From a virus, in IMG/VR virus record IMGVR_UViG_3300015371_000004, positions 51,950 through 115,949 of that record: a DNA stretch of 64,000 bases; one strand, 5' to 3'. Made by a program: the position numbers and the translations under genes. This document shows, piece after piece, positions 18,624-28,156 of the stretch; positions within the stretch are counted from its first letter, which is position 1; the number at the start of each line of letters is the position of its first letter. The notes beneath the pieces are model-generated. The model saw only the letters and a program-made list of their open reading frames with translations. It had not been told where the DNA came from and made no database searches.

Positions 18624-19037
18624 TCAGTCATCGTCGCATCCATCCCAGTAGCCGTCGAACTTCGCCTTGGCATTCGACAGGGACAGCGTCACCTGACGCT
18701 GGTCCAGCACGGCCCCACACTCCCAGCAGAGCCACGGCTCGTCAGGGGCTGCCATCCCCGGCGCCTGCGTGTCCTCCGGGTCCGTGAGGTGCGAGACCGC
18801 GTGGATCGCCTCGTCGAGGCGGCCCACCGGCACCCACCACGTCTTCCCGGCCTGCGACCACCGGCCCCCGAGGGCCTTGACGTACCCCTTGGCCTTATAG
18901 GTCCGCGTCCCCCGAATCGGGACGAAGTTATCAACCGTGACGTTCGGCGGCGGCGCTCCGAAGGGCTCATCGCAATTCGGGCAATACCAGCCCCCGCGAC
19001 GATCTCGAAACGGCTGACAGACCGGGCTACAAGGCAC
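18624..19037 (-). CDS. hypothetical protein with CxxC motifs
   Basis: TYKAKGYVKALGGRWS..KTWWV segment; preceded by GGGGTATTAC. Confidence 0.55.
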   Translation of the reverse strand: MPCSPVCQPFRDRRGGWYCPNCDEPFGAPPPNVTVDNFVPIRGTRTYKAKGYVKALGGRWSQAGKTWWVPVGRLDEAIHAVSHLTDPEDTQAPGMAAPDEPWLCWECGAVLDQRQVTLSLSNAKAKFDGYWDGCDDD

Positions 19038-19056
19038 CTCAGCCGGGTAATACCCC

Positions 19057-19455
19057 TCAGATGCGGATCTCGATCGTGCGAACCGAGACGAACAGGTAAT
19101 ACCCGTGGCGGCTGAACGGCAGGTACCCCTTCCCGATCGCCGAGGCCACGATTGCCCCGTCGAGGACCCGCTGGTTCTCCATGAGCGCGCCGGGACGGTG
19201 CGCCTTCACGACGCGGAACAGCCGCTTGGCCTGCGCCGTGTCGAGCGCGCGCGTGGGAATGATCTTGACCTCGGCGCCCTTCGGGTAACAGTAGCGCAGC
19301 TCCGGCCGGTACCGGTTGAGCGTCTCAACAAGGAGCTTGAGCGCCGACTGGCTCTCGGGCTGGGCCGTCTGCGGATGGGCCGCGCGCGCCAGCAGGTGCT
19401 TGGCCTGCCGGAGCACCGTCTCCGGCGACTTCAGCTTTACTGCGTGGGGCGCCAT
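19057..19455 (-). CDS. hypothetical protein
   Basis: 3' part of ORF 19057-19983 from ATG 19455. Confidence 0.55.
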   Translation of the reverse strand: MAPHAVKLKSPETVLRQAKHLLARAAHPQTAQPESQSALKLLVETLNRYRPELRYCYPKGAEVKIIPTRALDTAQAKRLFRVVKAHRPGALMENQRVLDGAIVASAIGKGYLPFSRHGYYLFVSVRTIEIRI

Positions 19456-20042
19456 AGGCTGCTCGCGTCGATGACAGAGTCTGGGGCAAAGATGATCGGA
19501 TCCAAGCCGTCCCAAACCCCGCAGCGCTTGTGCCAGATCAGCCACCCGCACGTCACCGAGTCCGTCGAGGGCTCGCCTCTGCTGTTCAGCCGATACCGGA
19601 TCCGCGGCAGCACGAGGTTCTGCGTCGGCGGGAGATCCCGCAGCAGCGACCGCCTCAGCCCACCCTTGAGCGGTTCGAGAAAGGACAGGCGTACGTGCAT
19701 GGCGATCCCGGAGGTCACGACCGGCCACGCGTGCTGGAGAATCGGCGCCGCGATCGAGAACGCCGGGTTGACCGCCACCCAGTCGACCATGCCCGGCAAA
19801 AACTGGCGCCAGTAGCGCGGGTCGGAGGCGTCCTCGTGGGCCATCGCGTCCCACTGCGGGTCGAGATCGTTCGTGATGAACGCGACCTCGGGATACCGCG
19901 CGCCAATGACCCTCGTCATCGCGCCAGCACCCACGCAGGGATCGACCACCGTCCCCTGAAACCGCACGTGGTCGCAGAGCCACTCGGTCACGAAGGGCGG
20001 GGTCTCGTAGAACTCGTAGTCTATTTGTGCCGGTGTGGCCAT
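19437..20042 (-). CDS. DNA amino-methyltransferase
   Basis: FYETPP, VDPCVGAGA motif I, NPAF motif IV, RLSFLEP. Confidence 0.8.
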   Translation of the reverse strand: MATPAQIDYEFYETPPFVTEWLCDHVRFQGTVVDPCVGAGAMTRVIGARYPEVAFITNDLDPQWDAMAHEDASDPRYWRQFLPGMVDWVAVNPAFSIAAPILQHAWPVVTSGIAMHVRLSFLEPLKGGLRRSLLRDLPPTQNLVLPRIRYRLNSRGEPSTDSVTCGWLIWHKRCGVWDGLDPIIFAPDSVIDASSLWRPTQ

Positions 20043-20219
20043 AGCGCGATCTCGCCGGATGGTCCGGTCTCCGCCGGTTCGGCGAGGATCTTCGCCGCCC
20101 GCTGCCGCAGGAGGTCCGCTTGGGCCCGGCGGCGCGCGGTGCTCTCCCGCAACCGCTCGTCCGCCTTCTGCGTGCTCTGGCGCTCGCGGAGGCGCGCGCC
20201 CTTGTCCTTCAGGAGCTGA

Positions 20220-20648
20220 TCAAGCCTTCGGTCTTCGTCCGTTTGTTGCGCCCGACGCCACCAGCCCATCTCGTCCTCCCTCTGGTATTACCCCGTCGCG
20301 CCGGTCACGTGGGAGCAGGAACGGATAGCGGTCGCGTCGATTCTGGTCAGGCGTCCCCCAGTAGCCATGGAAGGGATTGACGCATTCCTCATTGTCGCAT
20401 TCGGGCAGGTGGCAGGCCTCGAAGCCGTTGTGGTCGTAGAGCGCGGTGTTGTCCCTGATGCAGAGGGCGACCCGGAAGGCCGGGACGATCAGCTGTTTCT
20501 TGGTGCCCGGGTCTCGGCAGATCCAGATCACCGGGCGCCTGTAGCCGCCGAGCTTGATCGACATGGCGCCGGTCCAGTCCCAGCAGCTGAACCAGTCGGT
20601 GATGACCACCTTGTCCCAGAACCTGCGGCGGAGCGGCTCGTCGATCAC
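20220..20648 (-). CDS. HNH endonuclease
   Basis: RFWDKV, CWDWTG, ACHLPECDNEECVNPFH.YWGT..QN. Confidence 0.75.
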   Translation of the reverse strand: MIDEPLRRRFWDKVVITDWFSCWDWTGAMSIKLGGYRRPVIWICRDPGTKKQLIVPAFRVALCIRDNTALYDHNGFEACHLPECDNEECVNPFHGYWGTPDQNRRDRYPFLLPRDRRDGVIPEGGRDGLVASGATNGRRPKA

Positions 20649-20651
20649 CTA

Positions 20652-20927
20652 CTACTCCATCCGAACAAGCCCATCGACAGGGAGATCGAGCGTGAACTCC
20701 ACGCCCCCAAGGCAGTCATGGAGAAGCGCGGGCAGCTCGCGGCGCAGCTCCTCAGACATATCCCGGAAGTTGACGCAGTGCAGCAAGCTCAGCACGCTGT
20801 ACGCGCGGACGTCGGGGACATTGCCGATCACCTTGATGATTTTGTCGATGACGCAGATGTTAAAGCTGCCATCGCCAACCATTTTGCGGAGCGCGGCGAT
20901 GACCGCCGCCCGTTCAATGGCGTCCAC
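20652..20927 (-). CDS. hypothetical protein
   Basis: GTG 6 nt downstream of GGGGTATAAC. Confidence 0.55.
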   Translation of the reverse strand: MDAIERAAVIAALRKMVGDGSFNICVIDKIIKVIGNVPDVRAYSVLSLLHCVNFRDMSEELRRELPALLHDCLGGVEFTLDLPVDGLVRME

Positions 20928-21310
20928 GCGGAGGTTATACCCCAGCCCTAAGGCCACGTGTAGGGAGTCTTCCAGACCTCCCTGATCATCGTCGCGACCC
21001 CACCTTCGACCGTGCCCGTCCGCCAGCCTTGCTCGACCAGCGACGCCCACTCAATCGAGTGGTAAATTGTCTTTCGATACTCGTAGCGTCGAAACATCAG
21101 GCTTCCTCCCATCCGCCAAGGACCACCCACTTGCCGGTCGCCAGCTCTCGGCCGTAGTGGAGACCTCGGTGATTCTTGTACTGGAAGATTCGGAACCGTC
21201 GGCCGTCCTTCTGAGCAACACCGTAGACGTAGCGCCCGGACTGGCCGTCGGTACTGCGGTGAAGCGCGTCCCTGATTCCGTAAAAGTTCGTCACCAACGC
21301 AACCCTCCCT

Positions 21311-22027
21311 TCACTCAACGGGATCCCCGGCCACGACCTCGACGTTCGATCCGGCCGTGAAGACCCTCGTGCCGTTCGCCAGCTCCAACCCCACCCTCTC
21401 GTAGTTCTCGTCGTCAGCGAAGCCATAAGACCGGGCCAGCGCCGAGTAGGCGGAACGCTTGAACTTGTCTTTGCCAGCCCAGAAGACCCGGCCGACCGTG
21501 CCCTTCGGGACCTTCCGGCCCTTGACCACCTTGACCGTCCGGCCGACCTTGGGGAGCTTGGCCTCGGCCGCCGCGCGCGCTGCGCGGGCCCTAGCTCGCT
21601 TGCGCTCCGACCATGCCTCGTAGGCCGCGAGGACCTCGGGGGTCGCATCCACGCTGGCGCCGTTCGGGTAGGACCAGCCGCGGGTTGAGGCGTAGGTGAC
21701 GCGCTCGGTCTTGCCCTCCTCTGGATTCCAGACCACCGCGTAGAAGTCGCTGTCGTCGTAGCCGTTGTACTCGCCCGTCGAGAGCACCAGCCCCTCGTGG
21801 GTGGTCTTCATGTAGAGCGGGCCATGCACGAAGCACCGACCGCCGTCCCGGAGGTAGTCGGTCAAGCAGCCCTCGGAGAGGGCTCCAGATTTGTCGTAGC
21901 CTTTGGCCCGGTTGGGGCACTTGCTGTCGTGAGAGACCGCGCCCGTCTCGTGGCCGGGGTAATCATTGACCGTCTCGACGTTCGGCAGGCCAGCCTCGTC
22001 GGGTCCGGTCATCATACGGATCGCCAT
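21311..22027 (-). CDS. hypothetical phage protein (YDDSDFYAVVWN; KVVKGRKVPKG)
   Basis: first gene after ECF promoter; GGAGG RBS. Confidence 0.7.
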   Translation of the reverse strand: MAIRMMTGPDEAGLPNVETVNDYPGHETGAVSHDSKCPNRAKGYDKSGALSEGCLTDYLRDGGRCFVHGPLYMKTTHEGLVLSTGEYNGYDDSDFYAVVWNPEEGKTERVTYASTRGWSYPNGASVDATPEVLAAYEAWSERKRARARAARAAAEAKLPKVGRTVKVVKGRKVPKGTVGRVFWAGKDKFKRSAYSALARSYGFADDENYERVGLELANGTRVFTAGSNVEVVAGDPVE

Positions 22028-22046
22028 CTTTCCTCCTTCCACTTAT

Positions 22047-22091
22047 TTAGACGTACGGAAGGCAGGAAAAGTTCAATTACAGGACTGTAAT
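22047..22091 (-). promoter_or_regulatory. ECF-type promoter with palindromic operator
   Basis: TGAAC-N17-CGTCTAA; ATTACAG-GA-CTGTAAT at 22076-22091. Confidence 0.75.
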
Positions 22092-22092
22092 C

Positions 22093-22278
22093 CTAGATGG
22101 GGTGGTTGGGGGTATCGGGGAGTCGACCCAGCCGCCTGAGCCGGGCCAGCTCATCTTCCAGTTCGGCGTAGTAGGCGGCCTCCTCGGCCGTCCTGACAAG
22201 CCTCTGCCGACGGGCTTGGTCCAGCGTCATGCCCCGCTGGATCGCGGCCCACATCGACTCCATGCGGTCGGTGTCCAT
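22093..22278 (-). CDS. small helical protein downstream of zeta-like toxin
   Basis: ATG 5 nt after GGGGTAGTAC. Confidence 0.6.
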   Translation of the reverse strand: MDTDRMESMWAAIQRGMTLDQARRQRLVRTAEEAAYYAELEDELARLRRLGRLPDTPNHPI

Positions 22279-22286
22279 ACGTGGTA

Positions 22287-23378
22287 CTACCCCGTCTCCA
22301 GCGTCTTCTTCCGGGCCTTGAGCCGGAAGCTCTTCCAGAGCCGCTTGTTGTGGATGACGAGCGCCGGGCCGCGCGCCGAGGCCACCAGCCGCGGCTCCCC
22401 CAGCTTGTTCGTGTCCCAGAGCCGGAACTCCGTGAAGAGCCCCCGGCGGACCACCCGCGGGACCACCTGCGAGACACCCCGATGAGCCTCCCGGATGTAG
22501 GGGTGCGGCGTGTAGCGCCCCTGCCGTGGGCCCGGCTTGAGCGCCCCCTGATCGGACAACCGGAGCGCCAGTTCCACCGAATTCGTCGCGTAGTCGGCGA
22601 TCACCCGGTAGCCCTTCTTCCGGAACCCTTCGAGCTTGTCCGTCAGCTTGTCGATGCTGCTGTCGCCCACGCCATCGAGCACGATGTCCTGCCCGTTGCT
22701 GAGCGCCTTCATGATCACCTTGAACGTGATGTCGCTGCTCTCCTCATGGCTGAGCGTCGAGGCCCGGTGGTCCCCGCCCAAGACCATCGCCTGATACTCC
22801 GGGATCCGCGCTTTGACCGCGTCCGGGTTGGCGTAGACCGCGAGGCCCGTCGGCGGGAACTTCACCAGCCCGGTATTGACCATGGTCGACTTGCCACTGG
22901 CCGGGCCGCCGCCCGTCATGTAGACCGTCTGGTTGGTGCTCTTCGGGATGCCGCGTGTCAGCTCGTCCACAATCCGGTCGTGGAGCTTCAGTCGCTCAGC
23001 CGTATAGACTCCGTCCTTCGAGTATATCTGCTTGGTGTCCGGCGGCAGCGCCTCGAAGTCCTCGCAGATCCCGGTGCCCTTCGGCGCGAACCGGCCGCCG
23101 ATGCCCGAGCCTGCGGGCTCATGGCAGCGGTTGAATTCCTGAAGACGCCGGGTCCAGTCCCGCCTCCGGCTGAGCAGGAAGTCAGCCCAGCTGACGTTTC
23201 CCGTCCGGCGTTTCCACTGCTGGAAATGGCTCTGCAGGACCTTGAGGACGCCAACCGCCGTGCCGCTGTCCGCCGGTCTTCCCCGATGGGAAGCGAAGCG
23301 GCCAAGCCGGTCGTGGTAGTGGTTGTACTCCCGGGTCCGCGGCAGCTCGGGCTCGGAATTCGAGGCGGGAACAATCAC
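22287..23378 (-). CDS. second zeta-toxin-family kinase with two peptide tags
   Basis: MTGGGPASGKST, NPDAVK, HEESS, VLDGVG, GYRV, LWDTN. Confidence 0.8.
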   Translation of the reverse strand: MIVPASNSEPELPRTREYNHYHDRLGRFASHRGRPADSGTAVGVLKVLQSHFQQWKRRTGNVSWADFLLSRRRDWTRRLQEFNRCHEPAGSGIGGRFAPKGTGICEDFEALPPDTKQIYSKDGVYTAERLKLHDRIVDELTRGIPKSTNQTVYMTGGGPASGKSTMVNTGLVKFPPTGLAVYANPDAVKARIPEYQAMVLGGDHRASTLSHEESSDITFKVIMKALSNGQDIVLDGVGDSSIDKLTDKLEGFRKKGYRVIADYATNSVELALRLSDQGALKPGPRQGRYTPHPYIREAHRGVSQVVPRVVRRGLFTEFRLWDTNKLGEPRLVASARGPALVIHNKRLWKSFRLKARKKTLETG

Positions 23379-23655
23379 ACTAAAGGCGGGCGCACAAGCT
23401 CAGGGGGCGCTTTGGCCAGCATCCGCTCGGCTTCCTTGTGCTTCGACCATCCGACGTGCCCGCAGTCCTTGCAGCGGTACTCCACAAACTTTGACCCGAT
23501 CCGCGATCCTCCGCGCCCGTCCCTTCGCGGGCGCCAGCGCCCCGTGGCTTCGAGGTTCATGCCTCTCGTCGTTCCCATAAAGGCGCGCCGCCACGTCCGG
23601 CACTTCGCGCAGACGAAGTAGTACGGCTGGCCCGTTCCACCATTCGTCCCGGGCA

Positions 23656-23889
23656 TCAGTCCGCCTTGAAGTCGAAGTAGACCCGCGGGCTGTGTTTGAA
23701 GACCAGCGTCCCCCGGACTCCATCGGCCCGCCGCCTCACCACCACGTAAGGCGCCAGAAAACCGATGACCTCGAAGTCCCGGGTCAGCTCGTCGGTTGTC
23801 CACGTCTGGCCCGTCGGCACGAATGCCGGGTCGTTGATTTCAGGGACCAACGCGCGGCGCGCGCCTTCCGTCGGATCATCGGTCTGCAT
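23656..23889 (-). CDS. hypothetical protein
   Basis: GGAGG RBS; coupled ORF. Confidence 0.65.
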   Translation of the reverse strand: MQTDDPTEGARRALVPEINDPAFVPTGQTWTTDELTRDFEVIGFLAPYVVVRRRADGVRGTLVFKHSPRVYFDFKAD

Positions 23890-24142
23890 TGGCTCCTCCC
23901 ATCGCTACCCGTTTCTGAGCCCACACCAAGTGCTTCCGCAAGGACGCGTGCAGGTCCTTGCGATACGTCTTGGCCGAATAGAGCCCCGCGCGCACGGCCG
24001 CCTCCCCAAGCGCTTCGAGCCGGGGCAGCAGCTCGTGCGGCACCGTCGCGGGCCACGCTGGGATCCCCGTCCACAGCGCCGTGTTCTCGGCCAGCCATGA
24101 GACCTTGTCTTCGATCGTCGTCCGGCTAGGCCCTCGCGCCAC
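23876..24142 (-). CDS. hypothetical protein
   Basis: GAGG RBS; coupled ORF. Confidence 0.55.
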   Translation of the reverse strand: MARGPSRTTIEDKVSWLAENTALWTGIPAWPATVPHELLPRLEALGEAAVRAGLYSAKTYRKDLHASLRKHLVWAQKRVAMGGANADR

Positions 24143-24461
24143 GCGCCGCCTCCTCTGCCAGAACTCGATCGCGTGCTTCCAACCCGGACATCCGGATCAG
24201 CTTCGCGATGATGATCTCCCATGCCCGGATGGCCGCGAACTTCGTCGGGTAGATCGGCGCGCCCTTGAGCAGCGGGTTGTCGACCGTCCAGCCCCGGCCC
24301 AGCCTGCGAACCGGGTAGCTGGCCGACCCGAACCGGCTGTTGTGCGTGAGCACCATCCGCTCGTCCTCCGTCAGGCGCGCGCCGTTTTCGTAGGCCTCTT
24401 CAGCGAGGGCGTCGCCAGTCTTGGTGATCTCGTCGTGGTAGTCCCGGCCTTCGTTTTTCAT
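24126..24461 (-). CDS. hypothetical protein
   Basis: coupled ORF. Confidence 0.55.
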   Translation of the reverse strand: MKNEGRDYHDEITKTGDALAEEAYENGARLTEDERMVLTHNSRFGSASYPVRRLGRGWTVDNPLLKGAPIYPTKFAAIRAWEIIIAKLIRMSGLEARDRVLAEEAARGARA

Positions 24462-25367
24462 GTCAGATCCTTGCCGCAATAGCGGGTGAGATACAGGCGT
24501 TGAAGTACGTGCGTGGGCGCGTTAGTGTCGAACTTGACGTGGGCGACCCGCAGGCGGCGCTTCAGCCAGAGCCGTCGCGGAATCTGAGCAGCCTCCGGCA
24601 GTCGAGGCCCGCGCCCATAGAACATCTGGTCAAGCGCTCCCGCTCGACTGACGGTTCTCATCGGATCCTCCGACCCTTCGTGGAATGCGGCCCGGCAAAC
24701 CGGGCAAAGATGACGTCGTAATTGGCGTCCCGGACGACCACGGTGGCTGACCGACCCCGGCGCCATGTGCGGGCGGCGGCGTTGATGGCCAGCTGACGCG
24801 CGGAGGCCGGAGGATCTTCCCGGTCGCCAAACTCGGCGGCGCCCAAGAACTCACCCCGGCTGCCGGTGCGTTCAACGAGAAAGGTTTCTGACGTCATGAC
24901 GCCCTCACAGGGATCACCGCGGTCGCCGCGCCTGTCCGCCATGCGCGCCCGCTCGCGCGGCTGTCGATCACGAGCCGGTACCACCCGGCCTTACTCGTTT
25001 TGACGTTGAGGACGTTGGACTTCGGGAACCGAAAGCGCTCACCAATCACCAGCGCCGAGAAGGGGACCGCTTCGGGCCCACCAAGCACCTTCGCCCACGC
25101 CATCCGATTGCCCTCTCTCAAGTGCCGATCGAGATTCGTCATGAGTCCCTCCCGAGAAGGTTCAGCGCCTCGCGCGCCGCGGCTCGTGCCGCCACCGTCA
25201 GCGTCATGCCGGACCGACGCAGGGTCCCCGGGGACACCCGGTACGGCCGCGCGCGGTACGCCGTCAGCAGCCGCTTGAAGCTCAGGGCCGCGTTGCGCAC
25301 CTCAGTGGCTTTCCACCCCATCTTCAGGCTCGTTGGAAGGGACATCCTCAAACCTCCTACCACTTAT

Positions 25368-25412
25368 TTAGACGTAAGGTAGGGTCAAAAGGTTCCATTA
25401 CAGAACTGTAAT
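25368..25412 (-). promoter_or_regulatory. ECF-type promoter with palindromic operator
   Basis: GGAAC-N17-CGTCTAA; ATTACAG-AA-CTGTAAT at 25397-25412. Confidence 0.75.
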
Positions 25413-25601
25413 CTACTCCCCCTTCGGGCGCCGGAGCAGCTCGTCGACCTCCCGCTTGCTGACGTGCACCCGCCCGGGCGCCACCCCCTCGATCTGGACC
25501 TCGACCGCGCCCGCCTTCCGGGACACGACCTCGGCCGGGTACCACGACTCGGCAAACCGGACCTCGACCTTGTCGCCCCTCTTGAGTTTCAACCTCGACA
25601 T
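25413..25601 (-). CDS. small SH3/Tudor-like protein
   Basis: KRGDKVEVRFAESWYPAEVV pattern. Confidence 0.55.
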   Translation of the reverse strand: MSRLKLKRGDKVEVRFAESWYPAEVVSRKAGAVEVQIEGVAPGRVHVSKREVDELLRRPKGE

Positions 25602-25818
25602 CGTCAGATCCTCGGCCAGCAGTGATGACTGATGGATTCGGCCAAGAGGGCGGCCACCTGCTCGGCCGTGTGTGACCGCGACCCCGGCATGTTGATCCGG
25701 ATCTTCCGGCCCGCCATCACGAGCGAGGCGTCGTAGCCTTTCTGCCGGTTCCCGTCGATCACGATCTGGACGTTGTAGACCTCAATCGGGTCCATCGGCT
25801 TTTCCACGGCGCTCCTCC

Positions 25819-26223
25819 TCACGCGGCCACCTCCGAATTCGTGAAGGTGAGGACGTTCGCCTTCAGCTCCTCGTAGATCGGCCGCTCGCGCACGGTCGCC
25901 ACGATCTTGGCCAGCGTCTTCGCGTTGAAGGCCTTGGCCTCGTCCAAGAACGCCTTCTTACCGCTCTGCCCCATCGTGAAGCGCTCCGAGAAGAAGTGCT
26001 CGCCCCGGCTCAGCTCGACCTTCGTCACGTGCAGGTAATACCCGCGCCGGTCGGTCTGGTAGGTGAAGTAGTTGATCCCGCCCTTGCTGTAGGCCACTGA
26101 GACCTTCAGGTAGGGCTCGAAGACGTCGAGGGCGGACGGCTCGGACGGCGGACCCGCGAGCGCGATCAGCTCGATCGGGACCTCCTGCTTGCGGACTTTC
26201 AGATCGGACACGGTAAACGGCAT
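25819..26223 (-). CDS. hypothetical protein
   Basis: GAGGAGGAG RBS. Confidence 0.65.
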   Translation of the reverse strand: MPFTVSDLKVRKQEVPIELIALAGPPSEPSALDVFEPYLKVSVAYSKGGINYFTYQTDRRGYYLHVTKVELSRGEHFFSERFTMGQSGKKAFLDEAKAFNAKTLAKIVATVRERPIYEELKANVLTFTNSEVAA

Positions 26224-27315
26224 GGTCTCCTCCTCTTAGGCTTGCAGTGTAGGCACGTCACCTTCTCGGCCTTGTCCGTGTGGACCACGTCGAAGCTCTT
26301 CCGACCACACGCCGTCCGATACGGGTGACGCCGCGACAGTCGATGAACGCGGGGCTCTCTCACACGGTCTCCTCTCCGATTGCCTTGGCCAGCTCAGCCA
26401 AGGCCAGCTCGGCATACGTGTCCGCCTCAGTCGCCTCCCGGCGGGCCTTATCGGCTCGATCCTGCTCGTCCGCCGCCAGCCGTCGAAGCGCCTGCCACGC
26501 CGTCGTCGACCAGAGCTTTATCTGGTAGGCGTCCCAGCGCGTCCTATCGTCGAGGGTCACGAGATGCTTGCCGATGCCCTTGACCGTCCGCGCCGAGACT
26601 TCCACGGCCGAGGGATCGCCGTGAAATCGGGGCACTCGATGCGCCCGGTAGAGGGTCTGACCTTTCACGACGTCCAAGGCTGGAGCCATCACGCGGCCTC
26701 CTTGAATTCCACGGTTGCCCGGCTCAAGACCTTCGGGCCCGACCAGCTCACGAGGGTCGTCGCGGTCGGCGCCGTCCGATACCAGCGCCGGAGCAGCCGG
26801 AGCGCCGCGGGCCAGCCCTTCAGCGTCGTGCGCCGCCAGCGACCTCGAATCACTTTGACCGGAGTCATGACGCCCTCCATCGGTCGAGCGCCCGATCGCG
26901 CGCAGGCGACGGCGGGAGATCGGCGAACGGGGCCACACTCGACGCCACCGCCCGGCGGGCCGTGGCCAGCGCCAAGGCCGCCCGCGTCTTGTCCTCAAAC
27001 GTGTCGGTCGAGACCCGGAGACTCGCGTCCGGGACCCGCGTCAGAATCGACTTGGCCGTCAAGAAGACTTCCTCGATCGAGCCGAGAAAGTAGGCCAGCC
27101 GGGAGCCGTCTGGATTCGTCATGTAGAGCCGGTATCGCGTCATTGCATTCCTCCTCATGTCAGCCTCCACGCCACCCGCGCCAGCGTCAGCGACGGCCGG
27201 AACAGCGGGTTTCTCAGCACCAGCCCCGTCAAATAGGCCAGCCGAAAGACCGCCACCGCCAGCTCGTCCGCCCAAAACAGAAGCGCCGCCATTGCCCCAA
27301 CCTCCCTACACCTAT

Positions 27316-27360
27316 TTAGACGTGTGGAAGGGGCAAAAGGTTCCAATTACAGAAGTGTAA
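27316..27360 (-). promoter_or_regulatory. ECF-type promoter with imperfect operator
   Basis: GGAAC-N17-CGTCTAA; ATTACAG-AA-GTGTAA at 27346-27360. Confidence 0.75.
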
Positions 27361-27736
27361 GGCTAGGGCAGCCGCCCTACGTCGATGGAGCCGATGAGCC
27401 AGAGGAGGAAGAGCGCGACGGCTGCGGCGGCGACTTCAACGCTCGCGTCCGATCGGAAGGCGCGGCCCGGGTCGTCGGCCTCGGGCGGGGGTGTCGGGCG
27501 GCTGGTCGCTCAGGTCGTCACTCCAGATCAACCGGCTCATGTGTCCTCCTTGGCAATCGCGTCGAGCGCCTTCGCGCGCTCGGCAGGAAACGCCCCAATC
27601 GCCCGGGCCAAGGCGTCGCGCATCGGCGGGACCAGCACGGCCATGTAGCAGGCCGCCAGCTCGGCATCCGTATGCAGGGCCAGCGGCGCCCCGCAGATTT
27701 TGCAGCCGCGCGTGCCGCTGGCGTAGACAGCGCTCA

Positions 27737-28156
27737 TCAGGTCGGCCGCCACTCGCCGGGGTGCAGCGCGTAGTAGGGCTGATTGTAGAGGTAGCGCGTC
27801 ATCGGCGCCGGGCCCGACTCGCCCACGCACGAGAGCCACCACCAGCCGTCTTGGAGCGGCCCGCCGACCTCGGAGAGAAACCGGCCCGCCCACCCGTAGA
27901 CGTGGACCTTCTCAGCCTCGTCGTGGAAGACCGTCTCCCCCGGATAGCATTCCCGGGCCAGCGCGACCAAGCCGCGCTTGACCGCCCAGTAGCTCGGCTC
28001 GGCAATCGGGATCCGCAGGCCCGCGGCGTCGGGCGTCTTGGGCACCCGCACCAAGAGGGCCTGCACCTTCTGGTGCAGGATGTCGCGCCGGATCGCGTCC
28101 TCCATCACGTCCCACCGGGACCCGTCTTCGGCTTCGAAGATCGTCAGCTGTTTCAT
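27737..28156 (-). CDS. hypothetical protein
   Basis: GGAGG RBS; ATGA coupling. Confidence 0.6.
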   Translation of the reverse strand: MKQLTIFEAEDGSRWDVMEDAIRRDILHQKVQALLVRVPKTPDAAGLRIPIAEPSYWAVKRGLVALARECYPGETVFHDEAEKVHVYGWAGRFLSEVGGPLQDGWWWLSCVGESGPAPMTRYLYNQPYYALHPGEWRPT

